Below are positions 40,139-51,027 of a stretch of 64,000 nucleotides of DNA, in pieces; the first letter of the stretch is position 1; every line of letters starts with the position of its first letter. Where the stretch lies: the NCBI GenBank assembly GCA_017935745.1, contig JAGBGX010000016.1, forward strand, positions 831-64,830, read 5' to 3'. Origin of the DNA: Treponema sp. (lineage in GTDB: Bacteria > Spirochaetota > Spirochaetia > Treponematales > Treponemataceae). The notes under the pieces were generated by a model, which had not been told where the DNA came from, searched no databases, and worked only from the letters and a program-made list of their open reading frames with translations. The translations under genes were made by a program, and so were the position numbers.

Positions 40139-40302
40139 AGGCTGCATGCCCTTGCCCTTCAGATACGCCGTTTTAGCGGCTGTGTTTAAACGTTCCGGCA
40201 ATACAATTTTCCGGCACCGCTTCACTAAACGCTTCATTTGTGATAAGATACATTCTACTGCCAAGCAGATTTTGCAAAAGCAGTTTATAACAGGATTGCA
40301 AA

Positions 40303-41139
40303 ATGAACAGAATCTTAGAAAAGAAGCAGCTTTCAGAAAATGTCTACTACATGAAATTCGAGGCGGCCGATATTGCACGGAACCGCAAGGCCGGACAGTT
40401 TTTAATTGTCCAGTATAACGATGAGACGGGAGAACGCATTCCGCTGACAATCGCTGACGCAAGCGCAGAGGAAGGCTGGATTGCAATTGTGTTTCAGGCT
40501 GTCGGCGCAAGCACGGCTAAAATTGCGCAGCTCGAGCCGGGAGACAGCCTTGCAGCAGTGCTCGGCCCGCTGGGAACTCCGTCCCGCATAGAAAAATACG
40601 ATGCGCCTGTCCTGTGCGTCGGCGGCGGAATCGGAACTGCCCCGCTCTACCCGATTGTCCAGGCTCTAAAGGAAGCCGGAAACAAAGTCATCGTTGTTAT
40701 CTGCGCGCGCACAAAGGATCTTTTGATTTTTGTTGAAGAAATGAAGGCAATCGCGGACGAAGTCATAATCATGACAGACGATGGAAGCGCCGGACGCAAG
40801 GGAGTTTCAACAGTTCCTGTGGAAGAGCTGTGCCAGTCGCAGACGCCTCCTGCTGAAGTGATTGCAATCGGCCCGCCCATTATGATGAAATTCGTGTGCG
40901 CGGCTACGGCAAAATATGGAATCAAGACAACCGTTTCGCTGAACACAATCATGATTGACGGAACGGGAATGTGCGGCGGCTGCCGCGTAAGCATCGGCGG
41001 AAAGACACGGTTTGTCTGCGTTGACGGCCCTGACTTTGACGGGCATCAGGTGGACTGGGACAATATGCTCACGAGAATGAAAAGCTTCAGGCCTCAGGAA
41101 GAAGAAGCAAAGCACAGGTGCCATATCGGGCTGAAATAG
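40303..41139 (+). CDS. nfnA: NfnA-like FAD/NAD-binding subunit (sulfide/dihydroorotate dehydrogenase-like)
   Basis: GERIPLTIAD, GPLG, GGGIG.AP, IGPPIMMK, DGTGMCGGCRV, CVDGP. Confidence 0.88.
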   Translation: MNRILEKKQLSENVYYMKFEAADIARNRKAGQFLIVQYNDETGERIPLTIADASAEEGWIAIVFQAVGASTAKIAQLEPGDSLAAVLGPLGTPSRIEKYDAPVLCVGGGIGTAPLYPIVQALKEAGNKVIVVICARTKDLLIFVEEMKAIADEVIIMTDDGSAGRKGVSTVPVEELCQSQTPPAEVIAIGPPIMMKFVCAATAKYGIKTTVSLNTIMIDGTGMCGGCRVSIGGKTRFVCVDGPDFDGHQVDWDNMLTRMKSFRPQEEEAKHRCHIGLK

Positions 41140-41181
41140 AGAGGCACGCAAGACTGCCCATTACACTGCGGAGTTGAAAGT

Positions 41182-42669
41182 ATGGAATATAAAAGCGCAG
41201 AAACACTGGCTCAGACTGCAAGAGACGAATATGCAAAAATCAAGGGAAAAGAGCTGACAAACAAGGACCGCATGGCGATTCCCCAGATGGAAATGATCTC
41301 GGGAGAGCCGCGGGTCAGGGCGAGGCAGATGACGGAAGTTGCCCTAGGCTACACAGAAGAGCAGGCAATCGTGGAAGCGAACCGCTGCCTTCAGTGCAAA
41401 AATCAGCCGTGCGTTTCAGGCTGCCCGGTAAACGTCCAGATTCCCGCATTTATTGCCCAGGTTGCAAAAGGCGAATTCAAGGCGGCGGCAGACACTATCA
41501 AGCAGACAAACCTGCTGCCTGCAATCTGCGGCCGCGTCTGCCCTCAGGAAAAGCAGTGCCAGGGTCAGTGCACCGTCGGAAAGGCCTTACAGAATCCTGA
41601 AAAGTCAGTCAGCATTGGGCGGCTTGAGCGGTTTGTGGCAGACTGGGAGCGCGAAAAAGGACTGGCAACCGTGCCGCAGGCAGCTCCTTCAACAGGAAAA
41701 AAAGTCGCGGTCATCGGCTCAGGGCCGGCAGGACTGACCGTTGCCGCTGACTGCCGCAGAGCAGGACACGATGTCACCGTATTTGAAGCATTCCACAAGG
41801 CGGGCGGCGTCATGGTGTACGGAATCCCCGAATTCCGCCTGCCAAAATCAATCGTTCAGGCTGAAGTTGAAAACCTGAAGAAAATGGGCGTCCGCTTCGA
41901 GCTGAATTTCCTTGTCGGGCGGACTGCCTCTGTCCAGCAGCTTCTGAGTGAAAAAGGATTCGATGCGGCGTTTGTCGGAACAGGCGCCGGACTGCCGAAA
42001 TTCTTCGGAATTCCCGGGGAAAACTACATCGGCGTGTTCAGCGCAAACGAATATCTTACCCGCGCAAACCTGATGAAAGCCTACGACCGCGAAAAATCAG
42101 ACACTCCGTACTATCCTGCAAAGACCGTTGTCGTCTGCGGCGGAGGAAATGTCGCGATGGACGCTGCCCGCATGGCGCTGCGCCTCGGAGCCGAAACAGT
42201 GTATGTTGTGTACCGCCGCTCGCGGGTGGAAATGCCTGCCCGCCGCGAAGAAGTTGACCACGCGGAAGAAGAAGGCGTTATCTTCAAATTCCTTGAAAAT
42301 CCTGTGGAAATTCTGGGCGATGCAGAGACAGGAAAAGTCACCGGAATAAAGGCTCTGTCATATGAGCTTGGCGAGCCGGATGAAAAAGGACGGCGGCGGC
42401 CTGTGGAAATAAAAGGCAGCGAGCATGAAATTCCGTGCGATGCAGTGATTGTCGCCCTGGGAAACAATTCAAATCCGCTGATTCCGGCAACAACTCCGCA
42501 AATCACGGTTGACGGACACGGACATATTTCAGTTGATGAACATCAGGCTACCAGCATGACAAAAGTATGGGCCGGAGGTGACATTGTTCTTGGAGCTGCA
42601 ACCGTAATTCTGGCAATGGGAGAAGGACGAAAGGCGGCCGCGGCCATAAACGAATACCTTTCGCACTGA
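41182..42669 (+). CDS. nfnB: NfnB-like / GltD-like NADPH oxidoreductase
   Basis: EANRCLQCK, CPVNVQIP, CGRVCPQEKQC, GSGPAGL, GGGNVAMD, AGGDIVLG. Confidence 0.88.
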   Translation: MEYKSAETLAQTARDEYAKIKGKELTNKDRMAIPQMEMISGEPRVRARQMTEVALGYTEEQAIVEANRCLQCKNQPCVSGCPVNVQIPAFIAQVAKGEFKAAADTIKQTNLLPAICGRVCPQEKQCQGQCTVGKALQNPEKSVSIGRLERFVADWEREKGLATVPQAAPSTGKKVAVIGSGPAGLTVAADCRRAGHDVTVFEAFHKAGGVMVYGIPEFRLPKSIVQAEVENLKKMGVRFELNFLVGRTASVQQLLSEKGFDAAFVGTGAGLPKFFGIPGENYIGVFSANEYLTRANLMKAYDREKSDTPYYPAKTVVVCGGGNVAMDAARMALRLGAETVYVVYRRSRVEMPARREEVDHAEEEGVIFKFLENPVEILGDAETGKVTGIKALSYELGEPDEKGRRRPVEIKGSEHEIPCDAVIVALGNNSNPLIPATTPQITVDGHGHISVDEHQATSMTKVWAGGDIVLGAATVILAMGEGRKAAAAINEYLSH

Positions 42670-42713
42670 GCCGGCAGCGCCAGCGAAAAGCGTTTTCTGT
42701 TTTTGGAGACATA

Positions 42714-44468
42714 ATGGAAACTACATATACGGCGCACGGAAGCGCCGTTCTCATGCCGTCACTGCTGGGAATGTATGCCTGCGTGCTGAAAATCATTCCC
42801 TCGCAGGACACGTGTATTCCTATAAGCGCGGATGAAAAGGCAGAAAAGCTGCTTCAGTTTTACGGAAAAGAAAAAAGCGCGGAAACAGTTCTCGGCATAA
42901 TTGAAAACGGCGCGGCATATCCCTTTAAAAAAGAACTCAAGGAATTTCTTGAGCCTGCCACAGCGGCCGCCAGGCTTAACGGAAAAAAATTCATAAGCAT
43001 CGAGTACCTTCGTCTTGACGGCGGATGGTCGCTTGCAAGCCTTGCGCCGTGCGAATACGATGCGGAAGGAGCAGCGCGCTCCCTGCTTCTTTTTATTCAG
43101 GACAGCTACAAGAACATAGAGCGGTACAACAAGGAAACACAGCGTTCAAAAATCCAGGAAGACATTGCATTCGCGCTCAGCACAAAATATATTTCAATCT
43201 ATCACGTTGATCTGGACAAGGATCTCTTTACTATTCAGCAGATAACAACCGGGCTTAGAAATGATGTAGCGGAATTCGTCCAAGACGCGCCGCAGCGGTT
43301 TTTCTCCGCAATAAAAACGTATATACAGGTATTCGCCTCGAGCGAAGAGCAGGAATACCTTGAATCAGTGATAAACCGTTCTTACATAGTGAGCAGATTC
43401 CAGAAAGAGCCGAGCTTTTCAATACGATACAGTGTAAAGCCAAATCCTGAAAACCAGGTGTACTTTGAAATTTCGTTTATCGATGCATCAAAATCAGCGG
43501 ACGAGCATATCATGATTCTTGCGTGGCGATGCATTGATGACATAATGAAGAAGGAAATTGAATACCAGAAGCTGCTCAAGCAGACGCTTAACGACACAAA
43601 CAAGACATATCAGGAAGTCCTCCGGCTCCAAAGCAGCGGCATCATTGCATATCAGCACGACACAAAAAAAATCACCATCATAAACAATGCCGCATGCAGA
43701 ATCCTCGGAATAAAAGGCGCAAGCAATATCAAGGACGACATCGCGCGGCTGAGCAGCAGATGGACAATGAAGAACCCGCGGAAAATTCTGTATCTCCTCA
43801 TGAACATCAGGGCAGACGAAAAGCCGCTTCAGTTTGAATTCACAATGCGCCATGACAACGGAGAGCAGGTGAACATCATGGCCCAGGCAAAAATGATTGA
43901 GCTTGAGTCAAAGGAAGTCCTTGTCCTCATTTCCCTGACTGACATAACGGAACAGGCGCGGGCTGAAGAAAAATTCCGGCACCTTTCCGAAACAGACGCC
44001 CTCACCGGGATTCCTAACCGCGGCTTCGGCGAAACGAAAATGAAAAAGCTTCTGAGCCGCAAAAAAGAAGGAATGTTCTGCATAATCGATGTTGACAAAT
44101 TCAAGCCGATAAATGACACATACGGACATTCCGCCGGAGATCTTGTGCTGAAAAAAATCGCCGCCGCGCTCAGGGAATCATTCAGGCCGGAAGACATTGT
44201 GTTCCGTCTGGGCGGAGATGAATTCGCTGTTTTTTCTGCCGGAATACAGACTGAAGCGGAAGCCTTGCACGCAATCCAGGCGTTCACAGACGCAGCAAAG
44301 AAACTGACGTTCCCTGCATTCAGCGGCATTTCTGTCTCGCTGAGCATCGGAGCCGCATTCTGCCGCAGCAGCGGAAACGAAACATTTGACTCGCTGTACA
44401 TACGGGCGGACAACGCGATGTACAAGTCAAAGAAAGCCGGCGGCGGAATGGTAAGTTTTTGCCAGTAA
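42714..44468 (+). CDS. PAS-containing diguanylate cyclase
   Basis: TDALTGIPNR, IIDVDKFKPINDTYGH, I-site RPED, RLGGDEF, ADNAMY. Confidence 0.92.
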   Translation: METTYTAHGSAVLMPSLLGMYACVLKIIPSQDTCIPISADEKAEKLLQFYGKEKSAETVLGIIENGAAYPFKKELKEFLEPATAAARLNGKKFISIEYLRLDGGWSLASLAPCEYDAEGAARSLLLFIQDSYKNIERYNKETQRSKIQEDIAFALSTKYISIYHVDLDKDLFTIQQITTGLRNDVAEFVQDAPQRFFSAIKTYIQVFASSEEQEYLESVINRSYIVSRFQKEPSFSIRYSVKPNPENQVYFEISFIDASKSADEHIMILAWRCIDDIMKKEIEYQKLLKQTLNDTNKTYQEVLRLQSSGIIAYQHDTKKITIINNAACRILGIKGASNIKDDIARLSSRWTMKNPRKILYLLMNIRADEKPLQFEFTMRHDNGEQVNIMAQAKMIELESKEVLVLISLTDITEQARAEEKFRHLSETDALTGIPNRGFGETKMKKLLSRKKEGMFCIIDVDKFKPINDTYGHSAGDLVLKKIAAALRESFRPEDIVFRLGGDEFAVFSAGIQTEAEALHAIQAFTDAAKKLTFPAFSGISVSLSIGAAFCRSSGNETFDSLYIRADNAMYKSKKAGGGMVSFCQ

Positions 44469-44498
44469 CAGCCTCAAAATGCGCCCGGAAACAGCCGC

Positions 44499-44531
44499 AG
44501 CCACGGCTCCAGAGGCGCCGTGGCTCTTTTC
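44499..44531 (+). terminator. Terminator between the GGDEF gene and the convergent ORF
   Basis: AGCCACGGC...GCCGTGGCT stem followed by CTTTTT. Confidence 0.7.
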
Positions 44532-44533
44532 AG

Positions 44534-47011
44534 TCATCTGTCAAACAGTTTCCACAGCGTGATGCTTGCGCCGCCGGAAACAGCGCCGGCATACTGATTT
44601 TTTGAAGATTCTTCGCCTTCCACATCCTTGCTGTAAGTATAGCCCTGCGGCTTGCAGAAAAGATCTATTGAAACACGCGGAGAGACTCTCAGCTCAAGCC
44701 CGCCTTTGACATATCCATAGCAGCCAAAGTCAGCATCCTCTCTTATTTTCACGCTGCCTATGCCGCCGCCCAATTCGATATACGGGCGGATTCTTTTAAA
44801 CGGAACTGAAACTCCGAAGAGAATATAGGCGAACAGTGAATCCCAGTCATTATCTTTTAACCATGTATTTGCACCGCCTCCTATATATCCTCCTGAAAAT
44901 AACTTACTCATCGGAGGAAACACTGCTTCCAGCAGATTAAAAGCGCCAGCGCTGAAGTACTTCAGTTCAAGCGCGTAGTTCTGCACCGCCGGAGAAAAGT
45001 CTCCGCTTAAAGAAAAGCCCAGCCGTCTGGAGTCATACAATCCGTCATTCCGTATTTTTTTCATCTGCTTTTCGGCTTCTTTTTCCTGCCGCAGCTGCTC
45101 TTCCTCTGCCGCCTTCGCCTCGGCGGCGGTGCGCTGGTGCTCTTTTTCTTCCGCGTCCTTTTGCGCAAAATAATTCAAGGCAGGCGCGTATCCTTTTTCG
45201 GCGGCGCGGCGCATCAAGCTCGAGGAAGCCGATTCATTTCCGATTTTGTCTGCTGAAAGCGCGAATTCATACAGCAGATATGACGGAACATTCTTGCCCG
45301 AAGACGGGACAATTCCAGCATAGTATTCCGCCGGAATATAGCATTCAGGGAACGACACGATTTTTTCAAGACCGGCCGTTTCTTCGCTGTGCAGGATTTT
45401 TCCGTTCAGCGTGTCCTTTATGCGCAGATTCCTGAAGCGAATCTGGTACTGCGACGGAACGCTCCACGGCTCCACGGTGTAATCGACTTCAAACGTTAAG
45501 ACAGGCTCGCTGCGCGCAAAAAGCGAATTGTACATATCGACGGCATCAAGAAATTCATTGTACGCATCGTCTTCCTGCTCTGCGCTGCGGAAGCTTCCCT
45601 GCATTTCCGAAAACGGCTTTTTTCCCGTCAGATCCTGATACGAAATAGAAGCCTGATACTGCCCGAGGCTTTCTTTTCCGTCATTGTAGAAATACAGGAG
45701 AACCGGCCATGCGTTTGTGTTTCCGTCGAACGCGCCGATGCTGTACTGCATATCCTTTTCGTTTTTTATTGAAGAAATGGTGACGGTCGTTTTTTCGAGG
45801 AACTGGTAGTCGCTGACGATTTCCGCAAGCAGCGAAGTGCTTGCCGGCTGCATTTCTTTTTCGACGGCGGCTTTTTCCTTGTCCGCCTGAGAACGCAGTT
45901 TGGCAAGAAGCGTTTCAATTTCCCGGCTTCTGCGCTCAGCTGCGTCAGAAGTCGGTTTTCCACCCGAAAGTTCGGCGGCGCGCCACGGACGCGCTTCGAC
46001 TTCGGCTTTCTTCACCTTGAATTCTGCGTCCGCCGCGCTGTCAATTTCTTCCTTCCGCTTGGAAAGCTCCGCCTGAAGCTCGTTGAACGTCTTTTTTTTC
46101 ATTTCGAGGAACGCGATGCGCTCCATGATGCCGGACCCCTGCACCTTTGCGGCGCGCACATCCTTCACCTTCCGCTCGATTTCATCAATCATGCTGTTGC
46201 GCTTTTTGATTGCCGCTTCCTTGCGGTTCGCCTCAGCCACCATATCAGCCTGCCGCTTTTTCTGCTCGTCAAGAAGACGCCGTTCGCGCTCCTGCGCCGC
46301 CTTGAGTTTCTGCGCATTCAAGGCTTTCTGCGCTTCCAGTTTCTTCTTCTGCGTCTCCGCGTCCGCCTTCACAGACATACTGAACACCGCTATCTGCGCG
46401 TCAAGTTCCTTCATCTGCTGGCTGAAGCGTTCTTGCTCCTTTTTTTCCAGCTCGAGCTGCTGGCTCACGGAAAGGTCTGCCTCGCCGTGCTGGAGAACGT
46501 ACCGCTCCGCCGCGCTCAAGGCGATGTCGAGCCGTCCGCACAAAGCGAGCGTCACTTCGTCGACTGCGCCGGGACGCGCGTAGAGCTCCTCAAGTTTACT
46601 GTACTGCTTGCTCGTTATGCTTACCCGGTGAACGCCCGTAGTCAGGTCCGTAAAGTCAATGCTCAGCGTGTATGCGCTCCCCGCCTTCCGCGCGGAAGAA
46701 AACAGCGCGTACTTTGCATTCACCAGCTTTCCGATTTCGATAATGTCGCTTTCGCTGTGCGCGGTTGATTCCGACCTGCGCTGCTGCTCCTTGACCTTCC
46801 GTTCCGCCGCCTCGTCAACCACAGTCGAAAAATCGGTGTACTTCTGCACGTTTTCTTCAAGCAGGCTCTGAAGATGATTGGGAAGCCACGCATTCCCCGA
46901 TATGTTCTGAAGCTCCGTCTGAAGGACAACGACATTTCCCGCCGGCTGCGCGAATCCGGCAAGACCAGCCGCCGCAAGGAATATGACCGCGAACGTTCGT
47001 TTTGAAAGCAT
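44534..47011 (-). CDS. Large exported protein: CsgG/TolB-N-like domain, coiled coil, C-terminal beta-barrel-like region
   Basis: Signal MLSKRTFAVIFLAAAGLAGFA; IIEIGKLVNAKYALFSS motif; long E/K/Q/R coiled coil; alternating aromatic/Gly strands at the C-terminus. Confidence 0.7.
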   Translation of the reverse strand: MLSKRTFAVIFLAAAGLAGFAQPAGNVVVLQTELQNISGNAWLPNHLQSLLEENVQKYTDFSTVVDEAAERKVKEQQRRSESTAHSESDIIEIGKLVNAKYALFSSARKAGSAYTLSIDFTDLTTGVHRVSITSKQYSKLEELYARPGAVDEVTLALCGRLDIALSAAERYVLQHGEADLSVSQQLELEKKEQERFSQQMKELDAQIAVFSMSVKADAETQKKKLEAQKALNAQKLKAAQERERRLLDEQKKRQADMVAEANRKEAAIKKRNSMIDEIERKVKDVRAAKVQGSGIMERIAFLEMKKKTFNELQAELSKRKEEIDSAADAEFKVKKAEVEARPWRAAELSGGKPTSDAAERRSREIETLLAKLRSQADKEKAAVEKEMQPASTSLLAEIVSDYQFLEKTTVTISSIKNEKDMQYSIGAFDGNTNAWPVLLYFYNDGKESLGQYQASISYQDLTGKKPFSEMQGSFRSAEQEDDAYNEFLDAVDMYNSLFARSEPVLTFEVDYTVEPWSVPSQYQIRFRNLRIKDTLNGKILHSEETAGLEKIVSFPECYIPAEYYAGIVPSSGKNVPSYLLYEFALSADKIGNESASSSLMRRAAEKGYAPALNYFAQKDAEEKEHQRTAAEAKAAEEEQLRQEKEAEKQMKKIRNDGLYDSRRLGFSLSGDFSPAVQNYALELKYFSAGAFNLLEAVFPPMSKLFSGGYIGGGANTWLKDNDWDSLFAYILFGVSVPFKRIRPYIELGGGIGSVKIREDADFGCYGYVKGGLELRVSPRVSIDLFCKPQGYTYSKDVEGEESSKNQYAGAVSGGASITLWKLFDR

Positions 47012-47100
47012 TTTCTTCTGGCTCCTTTGGTTGAATTGCAATTTTCGTTGTTGAAAATTTAAATGAACGTTAAAAATCACACATTTTTTTGTGTAAATTT

Positions 47101-47775
47101 TTACCAACCTCTATTCTCCTTATAAAAAGTCTCTATTTCAGCACGTGTAACATGGTTATTATTGCAAATTTCCTGAATCCATTTTTCATATTTAGGATCA
47201 TCTGAAAGAAGTTTTTTCTCCCAAAGTGTTGCACAAAACCACATATCAGCGAGATATGATTTATCAACATTGTAACTCATTACTTTAGTACCAGGTTTAT
47301 TTTCAATATATTTTTTCCAATTTGAAACGGCATTTGTAAAATCGCCTTTTGCACCATAAGCATCGCCAAGTGATACATAGATGGGATAAAAATTAGGATC
47401 ATAATTCTCTGCAACCACCTTATAATCTGCAATTGCCGCATCATAATTTTTAAGACGATAATACGAATGACCTCTTTGTAAATATGCATTGATCTCAATT
47501 CCAGTCCAGGTACGAGAAAACTCATAAAAATCGGAATTAGTCGCCATCGCCCAGGACTTCGCTTTTTGCTCAACTTCATCTTCTTCTTTTAAACGAAGAT
47601 CAATAACCTGTGTATACGCCTTTATTGCATTTTCATAATCGCGTTTTTCATAATACTCATCGCCTCTTATAGACCATTTCTCTACATCTGTTGTTTGTGC
47701 ATAAAGGCTTGCAAAAAACGCCATATACACAACGGCAACAAGTACAGACTTCTTCAACACGCAAATACGTTTCAT
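47101..47775 (-). CDS. Exported TPR-repeat protein
   Basis: Signal peptide; GDEYYEKRDYENAIKAY, AYLQRGHSYYRLKNYDAAIADY, YVSLGDAY. Confidence 0.85.
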   Translation of the reverse strand: MKRICVLKKSVLVAVVYMAFFASLYAQTTDVEKWSIRGDEYYEKRDYENAIKAYTQVIDLRLKEEDEVEQKAKSWAMATNSDFYEFSRTWTGIEINAYLQRGHSYYRLKNYDAAIADYKVVAENYDPNFYPIYVSLGDAYGAKGDFTNAVSNWKKYIENKPGTKVMSYNVDKSYLADMWFCATLWEKKLLSDDPKYEKWIQEICNNNHVTRAEIETFYKENRGW

Positions 47776-47847
47776 CTTTTACTCCTTTGACTAACCTTTT
47801 CAGCCTCTGTATTATTTTTCAGTTGCTCATACGAGCAGCTGTTTTTT

Positions 47848-48414
47848 TCACAATCGTTTTTCGATTCCGCCCATCATGATTCTGTCGGCATATTCTGAAG
47901 GCGTTTCGCCGAATTTGTTTTTGCGGTTTTCGTTCGCGCCTGATTCAACCAAAACCTAAGTGATGTCATCGAATATTTGTGCAACTGTTTTCATAACTTC
48001 TTTTTTTCCTCCGCCTTTCCGTCCATTGCTATTGGCAAAAACGAAAGAACGGCCTTTGTCTTTTCCGTAATATTTGTGATGGCGGCAATCTGATTTTCAT
48101 TGGAATTTTCTTCAAGCAAAACCGAAGAAATCTTTCCGCCGAATTTCAGTATCGTAAAATGCACTGGAGTGAAGCCGTCTGAATTTTTTGAACACATCGC
48201 CATGTAGCCATATCTTGTAAAACGGCGAATAGTTTCCATATCAAAATTTTTTATGGTGATAAATAATTCTTGAAACATATCCGTGCAAACCTCTTTAGCA
48301 AACAATCTCTCTCACTGCAAATTCAAATTTTCCAAATCCCAGTCGAGAGAAAGCGCGACCAATTTCACATCAGAACCCACACATAGTTCGTCGTAACGGG
48401 ACTTCTATTTGCAT
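47848..48414 (-). pseudogene. Decayed ankyrin-repeat gene
   Basis: Fragments ...SKNSDGFTPVHF... and ...VLVESGANENRKNKFGETPSEYA... lie in different frames; stops at 48312-48314 and ~47956-47958; frameshift at A7 (48001-48007). Confidence 0.6.
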
Positions 48415-48420
48415 GTTTTC

Positions 48421-50973
48421 TCAAATGATATTCAACACTGCTCCTGCTTCTTTTAAAATGGGAACAAGTTCTGGCTTTTCGTGAAGTGCGGCAAAAAGCA
48501 ATGGCGTGTTTCCGTTCTTGGTCTTATAATTCACATCCGCGCCGTAGGTAATCAGAAGTGAAACTATTTCCGCATCGCCAATGTTAATAGCAGATTCCAA
48601 AGGAGTTTGCGGGATTTTCTTTTCGGTTGAATTCGAGCGTTCAAAATTGACATCCGCACCGTTTGAAATCAAGAACAAAACCATTTCTTTTTGGCGGAAA
48701 CAAATAGCTGCAGTCAGAGGCGTGTTGCCATCGGAATCTTCGCAATTGACATTTGCTCCTCTATCAAGAAAAAACTGTGCAACTTCAGTCGTCGGCATAA
48801 CGGCGGCAACACAAAGCACCTCGTCAGAATTCGCGCCGTTTTCCATAAGCAGAGAACACATTTCCTTGTTTATCATTTGAAACGCAATCATCAAGGGCGA
48901 ACCGAACTTTCTGCTTTTTTTATTCGGGTCTGCACCGTTTTTCAACAAAATCAAAACAGCATCTTTATTGTTTTGACTAACGGCAAAAGTCAAAGGAGTG
49001 TATCCGTTATATGCCGATTCCAAATTGACATCCGCGCCTTTTTCAATCAAAAGCGAAACAATTTTGAAGTTTTTTGTATCAATAGCAGACATCAATGCAG
49101 TTTCTATCTTATAGGAATTTCTGTTGATTTCCGCACCGGCATTCAATAAAATGGAAACCACTTTTTTGTTCTTTTTAATAATAGCTTTTTGCAACACAGT
49201 AAATTCATCCATTATCGTCAAATTGACATCCGCACCTTTTTCTATCAGAAGAGAAACAATTTCTTCATCATTGATAGCCGTAAATAATGGTGCTGTATTA
49301 TTTGATATATGGTTGACATCCGCGCCTTTTTCTATTAAAAGAGAAATAATTTCCTTATTTTTCTCTATAATAGCACGATCTAATGGTGTAACTCCGTACT
49401 TGGCTTCATGTGCAAGATTTGCTCCTTTTTCTATCAAGAGAGAAATAATTTCTTTATTCTTTTCATGAATAGCCCATTCCAATGGTGTATTCTCTTTCTT
49501 GTCTGCGTGTTCAATATCCGCGCCTTTTTCCAACAGAAATGAAACCATATCAATATGCCCATTTACAACTGCTGATGATAACGGTGTCACTCCGTCTTCG
49601 TTTTCACATTCGATGTTCGCACCTTTTTCTAATAAAAGAGAAACCATGTCAAGATTTCCATTACAAGCTGCCGTGAATAACGGTGTGCCTTCGTATTTGC
49701 CCTTGCATTCAATATCCGCTCCATTTTTTATAAGCAGCTCTACAAGATTTTTATCATCGTTTTCTATCGCAAAGAATAAAATCGGCTTTCCTTCATAATA
49801 AAAATTGGTATGTGCAGCTTTTTTTGCAAAAAGTGAAAGCAAATCTTCATTCTCATTTTTTATGGCAAAATCCAATGCCGGTTTTAAACTAGAATCATCA
49901 TTGCCAATGTTTGCTCCTTTTTTTAATAAAAGTGAAACTAAGTCTGCATTTTCATTTTGAATGGCCAAATCCAATGCTGTTCTATAACTTGAATCAATTC
50001 TGTTAATGTTCGCACCTTTTTCCAGCAAAAGAACAACTATATCAATATTTCCATTTTGCACTGCATTCAACAATGGAGTTCTTCCGTTTTCACCAATACA
50101 TTCAATATTTGCACCTTTTTCCAATAAAAACGAAATTATGATTTTATCGCAATTCTTCACAGCAATAAGCAACGGTGTTTGAGCAGAAAAATCTTTATAA
50201 TTTACGTCTGCACCTTTTTTCAGTAAAAACTCAACTGTTTTTATATCACTTTTTGCCACAGCAGAAATCAATCGATATGTATACTTTTCCTTTTTTTGTT
50301 TGCGTCTTTCTTTATTGCTAGCAGCAATTTTTTTTGAAATTATCATTATCCAGAACAATAACACGAGCAACAAAATAATAGAAATATATGCAATCATTTT
50401 TCCAGGAAATTCAGAAGATACATTTTCCAAACTATCTAAATCAGCTGTATACAACAAAACTGAACTGGCCACTTTTGCAATCCCAATAAGAATCATTGTG
50501 CATAATGATTCACCAAACAAAGCATTCAAACTTGCCACGATTACATAGGGAGCTATAAAAACACCTCCAAAACAAAATAACATCCCTGCAACAACTCCCA
50601 CATCTGAAAATGACAATGACAATCCGATCCCCCAAAATATAGTTGCGATAATGTTCATTACTTTTGTAGATGTTGCATCTGGATCAAACTCTTCTGCTGA
50701 AAAAGAACTGACAAAAAAAAGAATGATAATTTCTGATCCAAGCGCAAAAAACCAAAGCCAAAAACCTGTTGCTCCTGCTGTTAACGCCACTCCACAGAAT
50801 AATCCAATAATACCAAAAAGAATAACACCCACTACTGCCATTTTCATCCTCTTAACTCTAAATGCCCATTTTTTAATCTCCGAGAAATCGGAAAAATCAC
50901 CATCAGTTTCGTTTGGCGCAAAAATTAGTCCATCTGCAACGGAAGTTATTGCAAAGTCTTTTTTGTATAACAT
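48421..50973 (-). CDS. Membrane protein with ~5 N-terminal TM helices and a long ankyrin array
   Basis: Hydrophobic N-terminus, then more than 15 TPL..A....N..IVSLLIEKGADVN repeats. Confidence 0.92.
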   Translation of the reverse strand: MLYKKDFAITSVADGLIFAPNETDGDFSDFSEIKKWAFRVKRMKMAVVGVILFGIIGLFCGVALTAGATGFWLWFFALGSEIIILFFVSSFSAEEFDPDATSTKVMNIIATIFWGIGLSLSFSDVGVVAGMLFCFGGVFIAPYVIVASLNALFGESLCTMILIGIAKVASSVLLYTADLDSLENVSSEFPGKMIAYISIILLLVLLFWIMIISKKIAASNKERRKQKKEKYTYRLISAVAKSDIKTVEFLLKKGADVNYKDFSAQTPLLIAVKNCDKIIISFLLEKGANIECIGENGRTPLLNAVQNGNIDIVVLLLEKGANINRIDSSYRTALDLAIQNENADLVSLLLKKGANIGNDDSSLKPALDFAIKNENEDLLSLFAKKAAHTNFYYEGKPILFFAIENDDKNLVELLIKNGADIECKGKYEGTPLFTAACNGNLDMVSLLLEKGANIECENEDGVTPLSSAVVNGHIDMVSFLLEKGADIEHADKKENTPLEWAIHEKNKEIISLLIEKGANLAHEAKYGVTPLDRAIIEKNKEIISLLIEKGADVNHISNNTAPLFTAINDEEIVSLLIEKGADVNLTIMDEFTVLQKAIIKKNKKVVSILLNAGAEINRNSYKIETALMSAIDTKNFKIVSLLIEKGADVNLESAYNGYTPLTFAVSQNNKDAVLILLKNGADPNKKSRKFGSPLMIAFQMINKEMCSLLMENGANSDEVLCVAAVMPTTEVAQFFLDRGANVNCEDSDGNTPLTAAICFRQKEMVLFLISNGADVNFERSNSTEKKIPQTPLESAINIGDAEIVSLLITYGADVNYKTKNGNTPLLFAALHEKPELVPILKEAGAVLNII

Positions 50974-51027
50974 CTACAAAATCCTGATATATTTTACCTT
51001 ATACATTCATTTTTGATTCTGCATCAG

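Noticed and set aside
40236-40256. Rex box upstream of nfnA (TTGTGATAAGATACATT)
   Set aside because: Only one half-site matches TTGTGAA-N4-TTCACAA; too weak to call.
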